45,261 nt of DNA, taken from positions 1-45,261 of the forward strand of contig CAWKAR010000030.1 of NCBI GenBank assembly GCA_963847625.1, written 5' to 3'. Both the position numbers and the translations under genes were made by a program. The stretch comes from a candidate division FCPU426 bacterium. Its GTDB lineage: Bacteria; Oederibacteriota; Muellerivitia; Muellerivitales; Muellerivitaceae. Each line of letters begins with the position of its first letter. Positions within the stretch are counted from its first letter, which is position 1. The notes under the pieces were generated by a model. That model worked only from the letters and a program-made list of their open reading frames with translations, was not told where the DNA came from and did no database searches. Positions 19,519 to 29,941 of this stretch are shown in pieces.

Positions 19519-19811
19519 ACCTAAATCCAGAAGAACTTTTAAAGGGAACTCCTGTGCCGAGGCTTCATGCCAAGGCACGCGATTTGAATGTGTTGATTCC
19601 CCAGGGAATCGAACCAGCATCGAGTCGATTATCATTTTAATTTTCATAGCGAATCGGCGCATTCACACACCCGGGAAAAGAATCTGTAATGTTATTCTTA
19701 TAGCCTATCCCACCCATGGACTTGAATTCAACTCGGAAAAAATTTCATGCCGGCGGAACAAGCTATTAGGAACTCAATAGTGTTAATATTTCCATTTCCA
19801 CTTCTGTTAAT

Positions 19812-21005
19812 ATGCTGGCTATGAATTCTTTCGATGTCGTCATTATCGGCGCCGGGGCCGCGGGAATGATGTGCGCCCTGCAAGCCGGGAAGCAGGGCCG
19901 CAAAGTCGCCCTTCTGGAACATGCCCCTCAGATCGGCGCTAAAATCCTCATTTCCGGCGGGGGCCGTTGCAACTTCACCAATACCGGGGCAGACCCGGAA
20001 AATTACGTCTCCCAGAATCCCCACTTCTGCAAATCCGCCCTAGCCCGCTTCACCCCCGCCAACTTCGTTCAGATGGTGAAGAACCACCGCATTCCCTTCC
20101 ACGAAAAAAAGCTGGGTCAGCTCTTCTGTGACCGTTCGGCCAAGGATATCGTGGACATGTTGGAGGGGGAATGCTGCAAATCGAAGGTCAAGCTGTTCCT
20201 GGGCCAAAAAGTCGAGAACATTTCAAAAGATAGCCGGTTTGCCGTCCAAACTGAGGACGGGGAGTTCTCCTGCGATTCTCTTGTCATCGCTACGGGCGGG
20301 CTATCCATTCCCAGGGTCGGGGCCACCGATTTCGGCTACCGGATCGCCCGTTATTTCGGGCTGGGCATCGCGGAGACCGCCCCGGCCCTGGACGGGTTCC
20401 GATTCAACCCGGAGGATTTGAATAGTTTTGGCGACTTGGCGGGTGTTTCCGCGGATGCGACCGTCACCTGTGGGGAAATTTTCCGGGAAAATATTCTCTT
20501 TACCCACGCCGGGTTGAGCGGCCCCGCCGCCCTTCAGGCTTCCCTCTACTGGAAATCCGGCGAAACCGTTCACATCAATTTTATCCCGGGAGAATCCTGC
20601 GAGAAATTCGCAGGGTGGTTTCTGGACCAGAAAAGGAAGGGTTCCAAGGCAAAAGTGAAGGCTTTGCTGGGGCAATGGCTTCCGAACCGTCTGGCTGACA
20701 GGCTTTGTTTACTGGAACTGCCCCCGAAAGCTTCCCTACCCCAATTGTCCGAAAAGAAACTCCGAGCCTTCTGCGGAAAGCTGCAATATTTCTCGCTAGT
20801 TCCCCAATCCACCATGGGCTATGGCAATGCCGAGGTCACCCGAGGCGGGGTGGATACGGACGAGCTTTCCTCCAAGACTATGGAAGCCAAGAAGGTCCCG
20901 GGGCTTTACTTCATAGGCGAGGTGGTGGACGTGACGGGCTGGCTGGGAGGTTATAACTTCCAATGGGCCTGGTCTTCGGGCTGGGCCGCGGGCCAGTCAG
21001 TTTGA
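19812..21005 (+). CDS. NAD(P)/FAD-dependent oxidoreductase, HI0933/YhiN/BaiN family
   Basis: Motifs 'IIGAGAAG', 'KILISGGGRCNFTN', 'ATGGLSIP', 'LFTH.GLSGP', 'VTRGGV' and 'GEVVDVTGWLGGYNFQWAWSSG'. The start may be ATG 19821. Confidence 0.95.
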   Translation: MLAMNSFDVVIIGAGAAGMMCALQAGKQGRKVALLEHAPQIGAKILISGGGRCNFTNTGADPENYVSQNPHFCKSALARFTPANFVQMVKNHRIPFHEKKLGQLFCDRSAKDIVDMLEGECCKSKVKLFLGQKVENISKDSRFAVQTEDGEFSCDSLVIATGGLSIPRVGATDFGYRIARYFGLGIAETAPALDGFRFNPEDLNSFGDLAGVSADATVTCGEIFRENILFTHAGLSGPAALQASLYWKSGETVHINFIPGESCEKFAGWFLDQKRKGSKAKVKALLGQWLPNRLADRLCLLELPPKASLPQLSEKKLRAFCGKLQYFSLVPQSTMGYGNAEVTRGGVDTDELSSKTMEAKKVPGLYFIGEVVDVTGWLGGYNFQWAWSSGWAAGQSV

Positions 21006-21061
21006 AGCTTAAGCGCTAAATGAACGAATGGATAATAACGCTGTTTTTCCATGGGCAAATA

Positions 21062-21532
21062 TTATTTTGATGGCGTTCCGCTAGGGATGTCCCAAGCTCC
21101 CTTATTTCCCTCGCACTTCGCCGCGCTCCACTCGGATTCCTCGGCCTTGGAACTCGGGTTAAGTTGCTCTGTTTTTTTGCCCGACACGGTGTTTTGGGAT
21201 GAAAAGTGGCCTTTAATGATTACCAGGTTTCTTAATACGGCATAATCCGGATTCAGCGACGGGTCGGGTGAATGAACGATTCCGTGGAATTCCCCTTCAA
21301 TCGTAAAATCGCCAGATAAATTTATTTTTATTCGTGTACCTGTATCAACCGGCTCCATCCATGTGCCATGCCCGGGATTGAGGTCATAAGCGAATTGAGT
21401 GATGTAATTCCCGTCGTCCGAAACGACAAATTTAATGCCGGTTCCCGCCCAATTTCCAGAAATGGGCTTACAACCGATGGCTCCAAGCAAAAAAAACACC
21501 ATGGCACAGAAGACCCAGTGCTTCATCAACAA
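21062..21532 (-). CDS. Hypothetical lipoprotein
   Basis: Lipobox GAIGC and a beta-rich mature part ('ISGNWAG..IKFVVS'). Confidence 0.65.
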   Translation of the reverse strand: MLMKHWVFCAMVFFLLGAIGCKPISGNWAGTGIKFVVSDDGNYITQFAYDLNPGHGTWMEPVDTGTRIKINLSGDFTIEGEFHGIVHSPDPSLNPDYAVLRNLVIIKGHFSSQNTVSGKKTEQLNPSSKAEESEWSAAKCEGNKGAWDIPSGTPSK

Positions 21533-21711
21533 TCCCCTTGGAAAACAACAAAGTCAGGAAGCAAAGAAACGGAATTTCCCGAACCGCAGGCCAAACGTTA
21601 TAAGGCCGGTTTACAAACAGACTATGAAGAGAGGTTTTTTTCGATTTAGGTTTTAACGAAGTCCATGTCCAGGGTCAGGCCGACCCTGGGCCATTTGAAA
21701 TCCTGAATGAA

Positions 21712-22737
21712 TCAGGACCCCGACGGCAATTTAAACAGGGTCGCCGTGGTTCCCGCCGCAATCATCAGCACATTGTCCGGGCTGACGGAGATGCCCCGAA
21801 CCCCGCGAAAGGCGTCCTCGGAACCGTTCTGGTCCGCCAGGTTTCCCAAACAATCCCCGCTGGAATCGTAAACCTTCACGCAACTGCCTGTTCCGTCCAC
21901 GGCCACGTATAATCGGCCCTCCGAGTCCAGGCATACGGCGTCGGCATCCGCCGGGTAATCGAAAATCTTCTTGGCCTTCCCTTTCGAGTCCAGCCATTGA
22001 AGGCGGTTGTTTCCGCTGTCCGCGATGAAATAGTTGCCCTTGCCATCGGCAGCGGCATCCAGGGGGTTCTTGAATTGCCCGGCGCCCGGCCCGTGCGCAT
22101 TCCAGACTCCCACCAGGGTCCCATCCAGTGAAACCAGCCCGACGCGGCTGCTTCCCGTATCGGCGACGACAAAATTTTTCCCGTCAAAACCGCATCCCCT
22201 CGGTCCGTAGAATCCCCCTAAACGGGCCAAGTCCAAGTTGAGGACTTCCTTGCCGTTGGCGTCAAAACCCTTGATGGCGCCGCCCCAGGTGTCGGTGACA
22301 TAGACGTTTCCTCGTGAGTCGAAGCACATCCCCGAGGGCTCGTCCAAATCCAGCGCCCTTTTCCTCCCCACCCTGCCGACCGATCTAAGGAACTTGCCCT
22401 GGAAGTCGAAGTAAAGCAGGCGGCCATGTTGCACATCGGAAACGACGAACTGATCCTTGCCCACGGGGGCGATGCCCCATGCGGTAAAAAGACCGCAGGG
22501 ATAATCCTCCCCCGCCACCCTCAACAATTGCCGGACCTTGAAAGGCTTGACCGAGTCCCCGCCCCCGCCCTTGGTATGGAAGTGGTTGAAGATCGCGATG
22601 GCCAATAAGACCAGGATAATCGCGAACACGTACTTTCCACCGGATGGCGCGGCCGGGGAAGGGGCTGCCATCGGGGGTGGCGCAAGTTTTGCCCTGGCAT
22701 TTGACTTTTTCCGGCTCGTCTTTTTTCTCGGCGCCAT
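21712..22737 (-). CDS. Membrane-anchored NHL/6-bladed beta-propeller protein (tandem paralog 1)
   Basis: Basic N-tail, Pro-rich segment and one TM helix. NHL motifs 'LDEPSG..FDSRGNVYVTDTW' and 'FKNP.D...GNYFIADSGNNR'. Confidence 0.85.
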   Translation of the reverse strand: MAPRKKTSRKKSNARAKLAPPPMAAPSPAAPSGGKYVFAIILVLLAIAIFNHFHTKGGGGDSVKPFKVRQLLRVAGEDYPCGLFTAWGIAPVGKDQFVVSDVQHGRLLYFDFQGKFLRSVGRVGRKRALDLDEPSGMCFDSRGNVYVTDTWGGAIKGFDANGKEVLNLDLARLGGFYGPRGCGFDGKNFVVADTGSSRVGLVSLDGTLVGVWNAHGPGAGQFKNPLDAAADGKGNYFIADSGNNRLQWLDSKGKAKKIFDYPADADAVCLDSEGRLYVAVDGTGSCVKVYDSSGDCLGNLADQNGSEDAFRGVRGISVSPDNVLMIAAGTTATLFKLPSGS

Positions 22738-22861
22738 AAAGTCTCCCTGCATGTTTGTTTTAACCCTCTGACTAAAAACCGATTTACGGTTTCAAAAGAC
22801 AGTCCGCCCACCTTTAAAACTCCGCTGGAAATTCGGCGGCTGCTTTACGTTCCTCTTTTGA

Positions 22862-23884
22862 TCAGGACGCGGGAGGAACCTTAAACAGGGTCACCGTGTC
22901 ACCCAGCGTAATCATCAGCACATTGTCCGGACTGATGGCGATGCCCATGACACCCTTGAATGGCTCATAGGAACCCTTCTGGTCCGCCAAGTCTCCCAAA
23001 TAATTCAACTCGGGATCGTAAACCTTCACGCAGCTGCCGGGATCGCTCATAGCCACGTAAACACGGCCATCCTTGTCCACGCAAACAACAATGGGAATCG
23101 AATTGTACTTGATGATTTTCTTGGCCTTTCCTTTCGAATCCAGCCATTGGAGTCGGTGGTTTCCGCTGTCCGCAACAAAATAGTTCCCCTTGCTGTCGGC
23201 GGCGGCATCCCCGGGGTTCTTGAATTGCCCCGGGCCCGTCCCGTGCTCCCAGGTCGCCATCTGGGTCCCGTCCTCTGAAACCAATACGATGCGGCTGGTT
23301 CCCGTGTCGGCGATGACGAAATTATGCCCGTCAAAACCGCATCCCCTCGGGCTGTAGAACCCCCCCAAACGAACCAGGTCCAAGTTGAGGATTTCATTGC
23401 CTTTCGGGTCAAACCCCTTGATGGCACCGCCCCAGGTGTCGGTGACATAGACGTTCCCCTTGGAGTCGTAGCACATTCCCGAGGGCTCGTCCAATTCCAG
23501 CGCCCCCCGGCTCTTCCCCGCCTTGCAGACCGATCTAAGGAACTTGCCCTGGAAGTCGAAGTAGAGCAGGCGGCCATGTTGGGCGTCGCTGATGACAAAC
23601 TCATCCTTTCCCACGACGGGGGCAATACCCCAGGCTGTGAATGAACCGCAGGGAATATCTTTTCCCTGCACCATCAAGAGTTGCTGCACTTTGTAGGGCT
23701 TGACCGTGTCCACCTTTACACGAAAGTGGTTGTAAAGCGCGATGACCACCAAGGCCAGGATGACGGCAAATAAGTACTTGCCGCCGGATGACCGTGGCGG
23801 GGCCGGAGGGGCCGCCACCGGACCTGGATCAAACTTTGCCCCGACATTTGATTTTCTTCGATTCGTCTTCTTTCTTGCCGCCAT
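22862..23884 (-). CDS. Membrane-anchored NHL protein (tandem paralog 2)
   Basis: Same architecture and motifs as paralog 1. GGAGG RBS before ATG 23884. Confidence 0.85.
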   Translation of the reverse strand: MAARKKTNRRKSNVGAKFDPGPVAAPPAPPRSSGGKYLFAVILALVVIALYNHFRVKVDTVKPYKVQQLLMVQGKDIPCGSFTAWGIAPVVGKDEFVISDAQHGRLLYFDFQGKFLRSVCKAGKSRGALELDEPSGMCYDSKGNVYVTDTWGGAIKGFDPKGNEILNLDLVRLGGFYSPRGCGFDGHNFVIADTGTSRIVLVSEDGTQMATWEHGTGPGQFKNPGDAAADSKGNYFVADSGNHRLQWLDSKGKAKKIIKYNSIPIVVCVDKDGRVYVAMSDPGSCVKVYDPELNYLGDLADQKGSYEPFKGVMGIAISPDNVLMITLGDTVTLFKVPPAS

Positions 23885-24111
23885 AAAGCCTCCATGCATG
23901 TTTGTTTTAACCGACCGACGAGAAACTATTACCAGATTTCACGGAAAATCCTGCCCGCCCTTGAAATTCCACGGAAATCCGGCGGACGTTATAAATATTT
24001 TCCGGTCATTATGCCTTAATTCCGGAAAATAGGTATGGGGAAAAAGTCGGTTTTTTAAGGACTTTTTCAGCACCCTTCCTTCAAACGGGGCCGGTTTACG
24101 TTCCGTTTTAA

Positions 24112-25131
24112 TCAGGACGCGGGTGGCACCTTGAACAGCGTAGCCGTGGAACTTGTCGTGATCATCAGCACATTGTCCGGGTTGACGGCAATGCCCATAA
24201 CGCCGCGGAACGGTTCCCCGGAACCCTTCTGGTCCACCAAATCACCCAAATATTTCCCGTTGGAATCGTAAAGCTTCACGCAATCGCCGGGCGCGCCCAG
24301 GGCCACGTAAATACGGCCCGCCTTGTCCACGCATACGGCATTGGGATTCACGTTGTACTTGAAGATCTTCTTGGCCTTTCCTTTCGAGTCCAGCCATTGG
24401 AGGCGTTTGTTTCCACTGTCCGCGATGAAATAGTTACCCTTGCCGTCGGCGGCGGCGTCCATGGGGTTGTTGAATTGCCCCGGGGCCGATCCATGCGAAT
24501 CCCAGGCTGTCACCTGGCTCCCGTCCTCCGAAACCAAGACGACGCGGCTGGTTCCCGTGTCAGCGACCACGAAATGCTGCCCGTCAAAACCGCATCCCCT
24601 AGGGCTGTAGAATTTCCCGATGCTGACCAGATCCAGGTTGAGGATTTCATCGCCATTCGCGTTAAACCCCTTGATGGCGCCGCCCCAGGTATCGGTAACG
24701 TAGACGTTTCCCATGGAGTCATTGCACATGCCGGAGGGCTCGTCCAATTCCAGCGGCCCCCGGCCCTTCCCAGCCTTGCAGACCGATCTCAGGTACTTGC
24801 CTTGGAGGTCGAAGTAGAGCAGGCGGCCGAATTGGGCGTCGCTGATGACGAACAGGTCCTTGCCCACGATAGGGGCGATACCCCAGGCGGAGAAATGGCC
24901 GCAGGGATAATCCTCCCCCGCCACCTTCAAGAGTTGCTGGACCTTGTAGGGCTTGACCGTTTCCCCGTTCATGTAGTTGGAGATCTGGATGACCGCTACA
25001 AGCAGGACAACCGCGAACAGGATGATACCCAGACCCTTATTTCTTCGGGAGGAACGGCCCGCCCGACGGGCCGACCTAGACTTCGCCCTGGCAGTTGATT
25101 TTTTTTGAACCGTCTTCTTTCTTGGCGCCAT
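24112..25131 (-). CDS. Membrane-anchored NHL protein (tandem paralog 3)
   Basis: Same architecture as paralogs 1 and 2. GGGAGG RBS before ATG 25131. Confidence 0.85.
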   Translation of the reverse strand: MAPRKKTVQKKSTARAKSRSARRAGRSSRRNKGLGIILFAVVLLVAVIQISNYMNGETVKPYKVQQLLKVAGEDYPCGHFSAWGIAPIVGKDLFVISDAQFGRLLYFDLQGKYLRSVCKAGKGRGPLELDEPSGMCNDSMGNVYVTDTWGGAIKGFNANGDEILNLDLVSIGKFYSPRGCGFDGQHFVVADTGTSRVVLVSEDGSQVTAWDSHGSAPGQFNNPMDAAADGKGNYFIADSGNKRLQWLDSKGKAKKIFKYNVNPNAVCVDKAGRIYVALGAPGDCVKLYDSNGKYLGDLVDQKGSGEPFRGVMGIAVNPDNVLMITTSSTATLFKVPPAS

Positions 25132-25510
25132 AAAGCCTCCCAGCGTGTTTGTTTGAACCCTCTGACGAAAAACTCTATTAGGTTTCACGGGGCAGTCAAC
25201 CCACCCCAAAAACCCTAGGAAACCGGCGGATATTTTAAATGATTTCCGGCCATTATGCCTTATTTCCGAACAATAGATATGGGGAAAAAACTTGTTTTAG
25301 AGGCTTTTTCAACAACTTGCCGGTTAACTAACGGTCCAAAAGGAACTGCCATTTGCCCCCTCAAGAGAGGAAAATAAATCAGCAGACATAACCCATTCCT
25401 TTGTAATTTAACCCATATGTCTTAAATGAGATTTTGCGCACGTGACTCGTCCACACTCCAAGGCGGATTCCTTCCGGCGTCTCAAACCCCACCCGTTTGC
25501 TCTGCGTCTA

Positions 25511-28159
25511 TCAATGCGCCGCAGCTGATGAATTTTGCGGAAAGCCGCCCATCAGACCGATCGGTAATCCACTCACCCACATCATAATTTCCGGTACCGC
25601 CCTTTGGCATTCGAGATATGTGTCATAAACGGCCGTGTGGTTTCCCGCGGTCAGAAAAATTGTTTTATCCGTGGAAAGGGTCTCTTGAAAGGGCTTCAGG
25701 TACAGGATCATCCTACCGTCAATTTGCAGCTTCACATGGTTGCAAGTCTTGACCTTAAAAGTGACCCGGGCGTCCGCCGGTTGGTTGAAACTGCCCTTTA
25801 AATGCACCATCCTCCCGCCCATGTCGAGGGGCACCGGATCGTAGGGGCTCTGGACGATATCTTCCCTGTCAATCAAACCGTAACCCAGGACGGCCCGTCC
25901 GTTGAGATACTGCCGCGTCCAGTTGGCCGCGGGAACCTGCTGGAAATAAAACAGCTTGCCGGGTTTTTCGGGTATATCCGCAGCCGGGATGATCGCCCGT
26001 CGGCCCACCAGCCGAAGATCCTGAAAACCGCCCAGGCGGATGAGTTCCCAGGCAGCGTTCTTGAATTGGCTTTCGATGAGGGCCTTGGTTTTATCGTCTT
26101 TAACGGACATGATCACGACCACGTCTTTCCGGGTTTCCCCGGTTTTCAACGGGATGGGATTCTCGGCCCCCAGCGAGTAGACATCCAGGCCCTGGTTCAG
26201 TATCGCCTGGGAGAGGGAAGACGCGAAAAATTGATAGAGGACGAGATAGACGCGGTCTTGGGGGGCGTATTTTGCCGCCTGGAAGGAGACGGCCCGGTCT
26301 CCGCTCTCCTGGCTGAAATATTTCACCCAAACTTTTTCGTAGGTTCCGGAGAAAGCCCATCCGAAATAAGCCGTCAGTAACAAGACGAACAGGAAGCCGG
26401 AACGGCCGGCGAGAGCAGTTCGAAGGGCGGAATAAACCTGTCGAACGCCCAACCCTGCCAATACCGAAAGGGGGGCCACGGTGCCCATTAACTTGCCCAC
26501 GTGGGGATCGATGGAAAGAACATGGGGTGAAATCCCCACGAAAAAGCAGATCAACAGGAACGTTTTCATCCAGGTAGGCTGGGCTAAAAGCGAAACCATC
26601 CCGAGGATGAATATCGGAATGAAATGGAAATCGTAGAAAGCGTCATGGAGCAGGTTTGAATCCCCCCGGTCCGCCCCCTCGGCAAAAACTTCCTGAAGGG
26701 TGACCCAAACCTTGTTGGAAAAGGTCCGGACGGCGTCCGAGGTGTAGTTGACGGTTAAGTTGGTCCGGTCATGGAATATGGAAAGGGGCGTGGTATGGAC
26801 CGCCACCATGGAATCGGAAGCCAGGGGATAAGCCAGGGCCGCGGCCAGGAAAACCCCGAGAAAATACCGGGGCACCAGGGACGTGCGGTCCGCCGTCATC
26901 GCTTCCGACAGGGAGCGCTTGAAAAAATACCACAGGATGACCAAGGCGGCCAAACCGACCCATCCCTGGTTCAAGAAAACAATCAAGCCGTTTTTCATGG
27001 GCAGGAAATTGTTCCGCAATAGGAACACGAAAACCCACGCCAGGAGGGTGCCCCAGCCCAGAAGGAAATCCCACTTCCCTTTCCCTTCATTCTGTTTGCT
27101 GAACCAAATCCAGAACAAGACCACCGCCACGATGTAGGGAAGCCAGGGCCGAACCGCGGTGTAATTGTAGGGCATGAAACCCAGCGCCAACCCCCATTGG
27201 ATGAAATGGCTGAAATCGGGTTTTTTGAACAAGCGCACCGTCATGAGCATGGTCAAGGCCACCGCCATGGGGACGGTCACCTGCGTGAACCCGAGGAGGT
27301 TGCAGATGATCATGGGCTTGCTGACTGAGGCGAGGCCGGCCGCCGCGAGTCCCGTCCAGCGCCCGCCGATTTCCTTCCCCAGCAGGTAGAAAAGCCACAC
27401 ACCCGTCAAGTCGATGAGGGCGCTTCCCAACCGTTGGACAAAAATAATGTAGGCGTTGGGCATGAGGGACCACAGCGCCGCGAGGTAATAGGAGAAAAAG
27501 GGTTCCCGGTTCCCGGCCGGCACGAACATGTAGCGGTCATGGAACTCCAAAATACCCCGGGGATCCGTAATGCAGATGGCGCAATCGTCCCAATACATGC
27601 CCAGGGCGTCATTGATCCGGTGCAACCTCATGAAAGCAGCCACGGCCAAGATCACCCAGAACCAGACTCGGGCCCATACTTTGGGGACATCGTACTCATC
27701 CCGGGACGTCGGTAAAAACCGCCAAAACGCCACCATCAATCCCATTCCAACCGCGAAATATAGTGCCGACGAAGCGAACATCATGTTCGGGAACGAGGAA
27801 AAAACGAAGCGGAAATTATAATATTGCCCGACTGATATCGTAAAAAGGACCCATCCCAACCCGATGAGAGTCAGGGGGTAGAAGGGGGTCGGAAAAACCA
27901 TCCCGCTGGAGAGGAAGATAAAAAAAGCCATGCTGATAAAAAGCATCGCAGTATCGGTATGGTGTCCCCACCAAAAAAACAACCCCAAAGCCAGGGTGAT
28001 GACCGCGAGGGTTTTGGTCCAAGGGGGAACGGGCGGCTTCGGGGGAGGCGGTGGCGCTGGGAATTCCGCGGTCAGGGGTAATGGAGTTGGGGGTATAACC
28101 TCTTTCCGCCGTTTCGGGCGGGAAGAAGCGGTCCTCTTGGCTTTTCGTTTAGGGGGCAT
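25511..28159 (-). CDS. GT-C glycosyltransferase (ArnT/PMT_2-like) with a C-terminal PA14-like domain
   Basis: Motifs 'FMRLHRI...YWDD', 'GNREPFFSY', 'YLLGKE' and 'YNYTAVR', with many TM helices. The C-terminus reads 'VHLKGSF...TFKV...VKLQIDG...FLTAGNH'. Confidence 0.8.
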   Translation of the reverse strand: MPPKRKAKRTASSRPKRRKEVIPPTPLPLTAEFPAPPPPPKPPVPPWTKTLAVITLALGLFFWWGHHTDTAMLFISMAFFIFLSSGMVFPTPFYPLTLIGLGWVLFTISVGQYYNFRFVFSSFPNMMFASSALYFAVGMGLMVAFWRFLPTSRDEYDVPKVWARVWFWVILAVAAFMRLHRINDALGMYWDDCAICITDPRGILEFHDRYMFVPAGNREPFFSYYLAALWSLMPNAYIIFVQRLGSALIDLTGVWLFYLLGKEIGGRWTGLAAAGLASVSKPMIICNLLGFTQVTVPMAVALTMLMTVRLFKKPDFSHFIQWGLALGFMPYNYTAVRPWLPYIVAVVLFWIWFSKQNEGKGKWDFLLGWGTLLAWVFVFLLRNNFLPMKNGLIVFLNQGWVGLAALVILWYFFKRSLSEAMTADRTSLVPRYFLGVFLAAALAYPLASDSMVAVHTTPLSIFHDRTNLTVNYTSDAVRTFSNKVWVTLQEVFAEGADRGDSNLLHDAFYDFHFIPIFILGMVSLLAQPTWMKTFLLICFFVGISPHVLSIDPHVGKLMGTVAPLSVLAGLGVRQVYSALRTALAGRSGFLFVLLLTAYFGWAFSGTYEKVWVKYFSQESGDRAVSFQAAKYAPQDRVYLVLYQFFASSLSQAILNQGLDVYSLGAENPIPLKTGETRKDVVVIMSVKDDKTKALIESQFKNAAWELIRLGGFQDLRLVGRRAIIPAADIPEKPGKLFYFQQVPAANWTRQYLNGRAVLGYGLIDREDIVQSPYDPVPLDMGGRMVHLKGSFNQPADARVTFKVKTCNHVKLQIDGRMILYLKPFQETLSTDKTIFLTAGNHTAVYDTYLECQRAVPEIMMWVSGLPIGLMGGFPQNSSAAAH

Positions 28160-28317
28160 CGCGGATTCCCTCCGATTTTTGAAATAAATAATAGGGCCTT
28201 CGGAACAGTCTGCAACTGTTTTTCACGGCTTGGATAGGTCCGGGAACGCTTGCCATATGCCGGAGGCCCGGCCCGTGGCCCCGGGGTCCACGATGATTTG
28301 CGGTGAATGAAGGTTGA

Positions 28318-29805
28318 TCACTCGGCTTTGGGATGATTGAGAAGTTTGATGGCTTGCTGGGCATAAGCGTCCCCTTGCGCGGCGGCTTTCTGGTACCACA
28401 TCATGGCATTTTTATTGCTCGGGGGTACGCCTCGTCCATTTTCATAGAGGACTCCGATATTGTATTGGGCTGGCGCGTTGCCTTGCGCGGCGGCCTTTTG
28501 GTACCACTGCATGGCCTCCTGGTAATCCTGGGGCATGCCCCGGCCGCTGTCGTAGAGGACGCCGATATTGAATTCAGCGAGCGCGTTTCCCTGCGCGGCG
28601 GCCTTTTGGTACCACTTCATGGCCTCTTTATAATCCCGAGGCACACCCCGTCCATTCTCGTACAGAACGCCGATGTTGAATTCGGCGGGCGCGTTCCCCA
28701 GCGCGGCGGCCTTCTGGTACCACCTCATGGCTTCCAGGTAATCCTGAGGCACGCCCCGGCCCTTGTCATAGAGGAAACCAATGCTGGTATCAGCCGTCGT
28801 GTTCCCTTGCGCGGATGCCTTTTGGTACCACTTCATGGCCTCGTGGTAATCCTGGGGCACGCCCCGCCCGCTGTCATAGAGAACACCGATCGCGACTTCG
28901 GCGGGCGGGTTCCCCAGCGCGGCGGCCTTCTGGTACCACTTCATGGCCTCCTGATAATCCTGCAATACGCCCCGGCCGAAGTCATAGAGAGCGCCGATAG
29001 CGGCCTCGGCGCCCGCGTCCCCTTGCGCGGCCGCCTTCTGGTACCACTTCATGGCTTCGGTATAATCCTGGGGCACGCCCCGGCCGGTGTCGCAGAGAAC
29101 ACCAATTGCGGCCTCAGCACCCGCGTCCCCTTGCGCGGCGGCCTTTTGGTACCACTTCATGGCTTCAGAATAATCCTGGGCCACGCTCCGGCCGGTGTCA
29201 TAAAAAACGCCGGCCTTGTACTCCGCGCCCTGGTTTCCTTGCTCCGCAGCTTTTTGGTACCACTTCATGGCTTCCTGGTAATCCTGGGGCATTCCTTGTC
29301 CGTTCTCATATTGAAGACCCATTTTGTATTCCGCCCAGGCGTTCCCTTGCGCGGCGGCTTTTTGATAGCACTTCATGGCTTCCTGGGAATTTTGAAGCAC
29401 GCCCCGCCCATTGTCATAGAGAACGCCGATATTGTATTCAGCGTCTGATTGCCCCTTCGCGGCGGCCTTCTGGTACCACTTCATGGCTTCCTGGTAATCC
29501 TGGGCCACGCCTTGCCCGTTCTCATAAAGAACGCCTATTTTGTATACAGCGTCCGCGCTCCCTTGCCCCGCGGCCTTTTGGTACCACTTCATGGCTTGGA
29601 CGAAGTCCCCGGTGTTGGATGCATCCGTACCGTTCTTGAACCATTCGGTAACCGCATTCGGGTCGCGCATGAATATGAAATCCGCGCCATTCTTCAACCA
29701 ATCGGAAACCGCGTCCAGGTTGCCCACGTAAAAGTAATAGGCCGCGAGCCAAATCCCGGCCCCGAAAATCAACGTCAAGATCGCGCGGACAAGAAATTTT
29801 TTCAT
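28318..29805 (-). CDS. Sel1-like repeat protein with an N-terminal signal/anchor
   Basis: About 12 repeats of 36 aa ('A...IG.LY..GRGV.QDY.EAMKWYQKAAAQG') with a 108-bp DNA period. Hydrophobic N-terminus from ATG 29805. Confidence 0.95.
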   Translation of the reverse strand: MKKFLVRAILTLIFGAGIWLAAYYFYVGNLDAVSDWLKNGADFIFMRDPNAVTEWFKNGTDASNTGDFVQAMKWYQKAAGQGSADAVYKIGVLYENGQGVAQDYQEAMKWYQKAAAKGQSDAEYNIGVLYDNGRGVLQNSQEAMKCYQKAAAQGNAWAEYKMGLQYENGQGMPQDYQEAMKWYQKAAEQGNQGAEYKAGVFYDTGRSVAQDYSEAMKWYQKAAAQGDAGAEAAIGVLCDTGRGVPQDYTEAMKWYQKAAAQGDAGAEAAIGALYDFGRGVLQDYQEAMKWYQKAAALGNPPAEVAIGVLYDSGRGVPQDYHEAMKWYQKASAQGNTTADTSIGFLYDKGRGVPQDYLEAMRWYQKAAALGNAPAEFNIGVLYENGRGVPRDYKEAMKWYQKAAAQGNALAEFNIGVLYDSGRGMPQDYQEAMQWYQKAAAQGNAPAQYNIGVLYENGRGVPPSNKNAMMWYQKAAAQGDAYAQQAIKLLNHPKAE

Positions 29806-29941
29806 CGCTATTTCCTTTGAATAAGATTTCTTCAAAACCCGCTTTCAAACCATAAAACGCGGACCCGAGCAGTTGAAAACAGGCTGCAAGAGAGTCGTCT
29901 AAAGCAGCGCGCTCAGGGTACGGCCCGTTCTTGTTCGCCTA

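Noticed and set aside
28340..29600. Regular 108-bp repeats (and the 168-bp repeats at about 14400-14950) as a CRISPR array
   Set aside because: They are in-frame protein repeats with no unique spacers, and no cas genes are present.
28333..29820. Long + strand ORFs (371 aa and 123 aa) with repeats
   Set aside because: They are antisense shadows of the Sel1-repeat gene.
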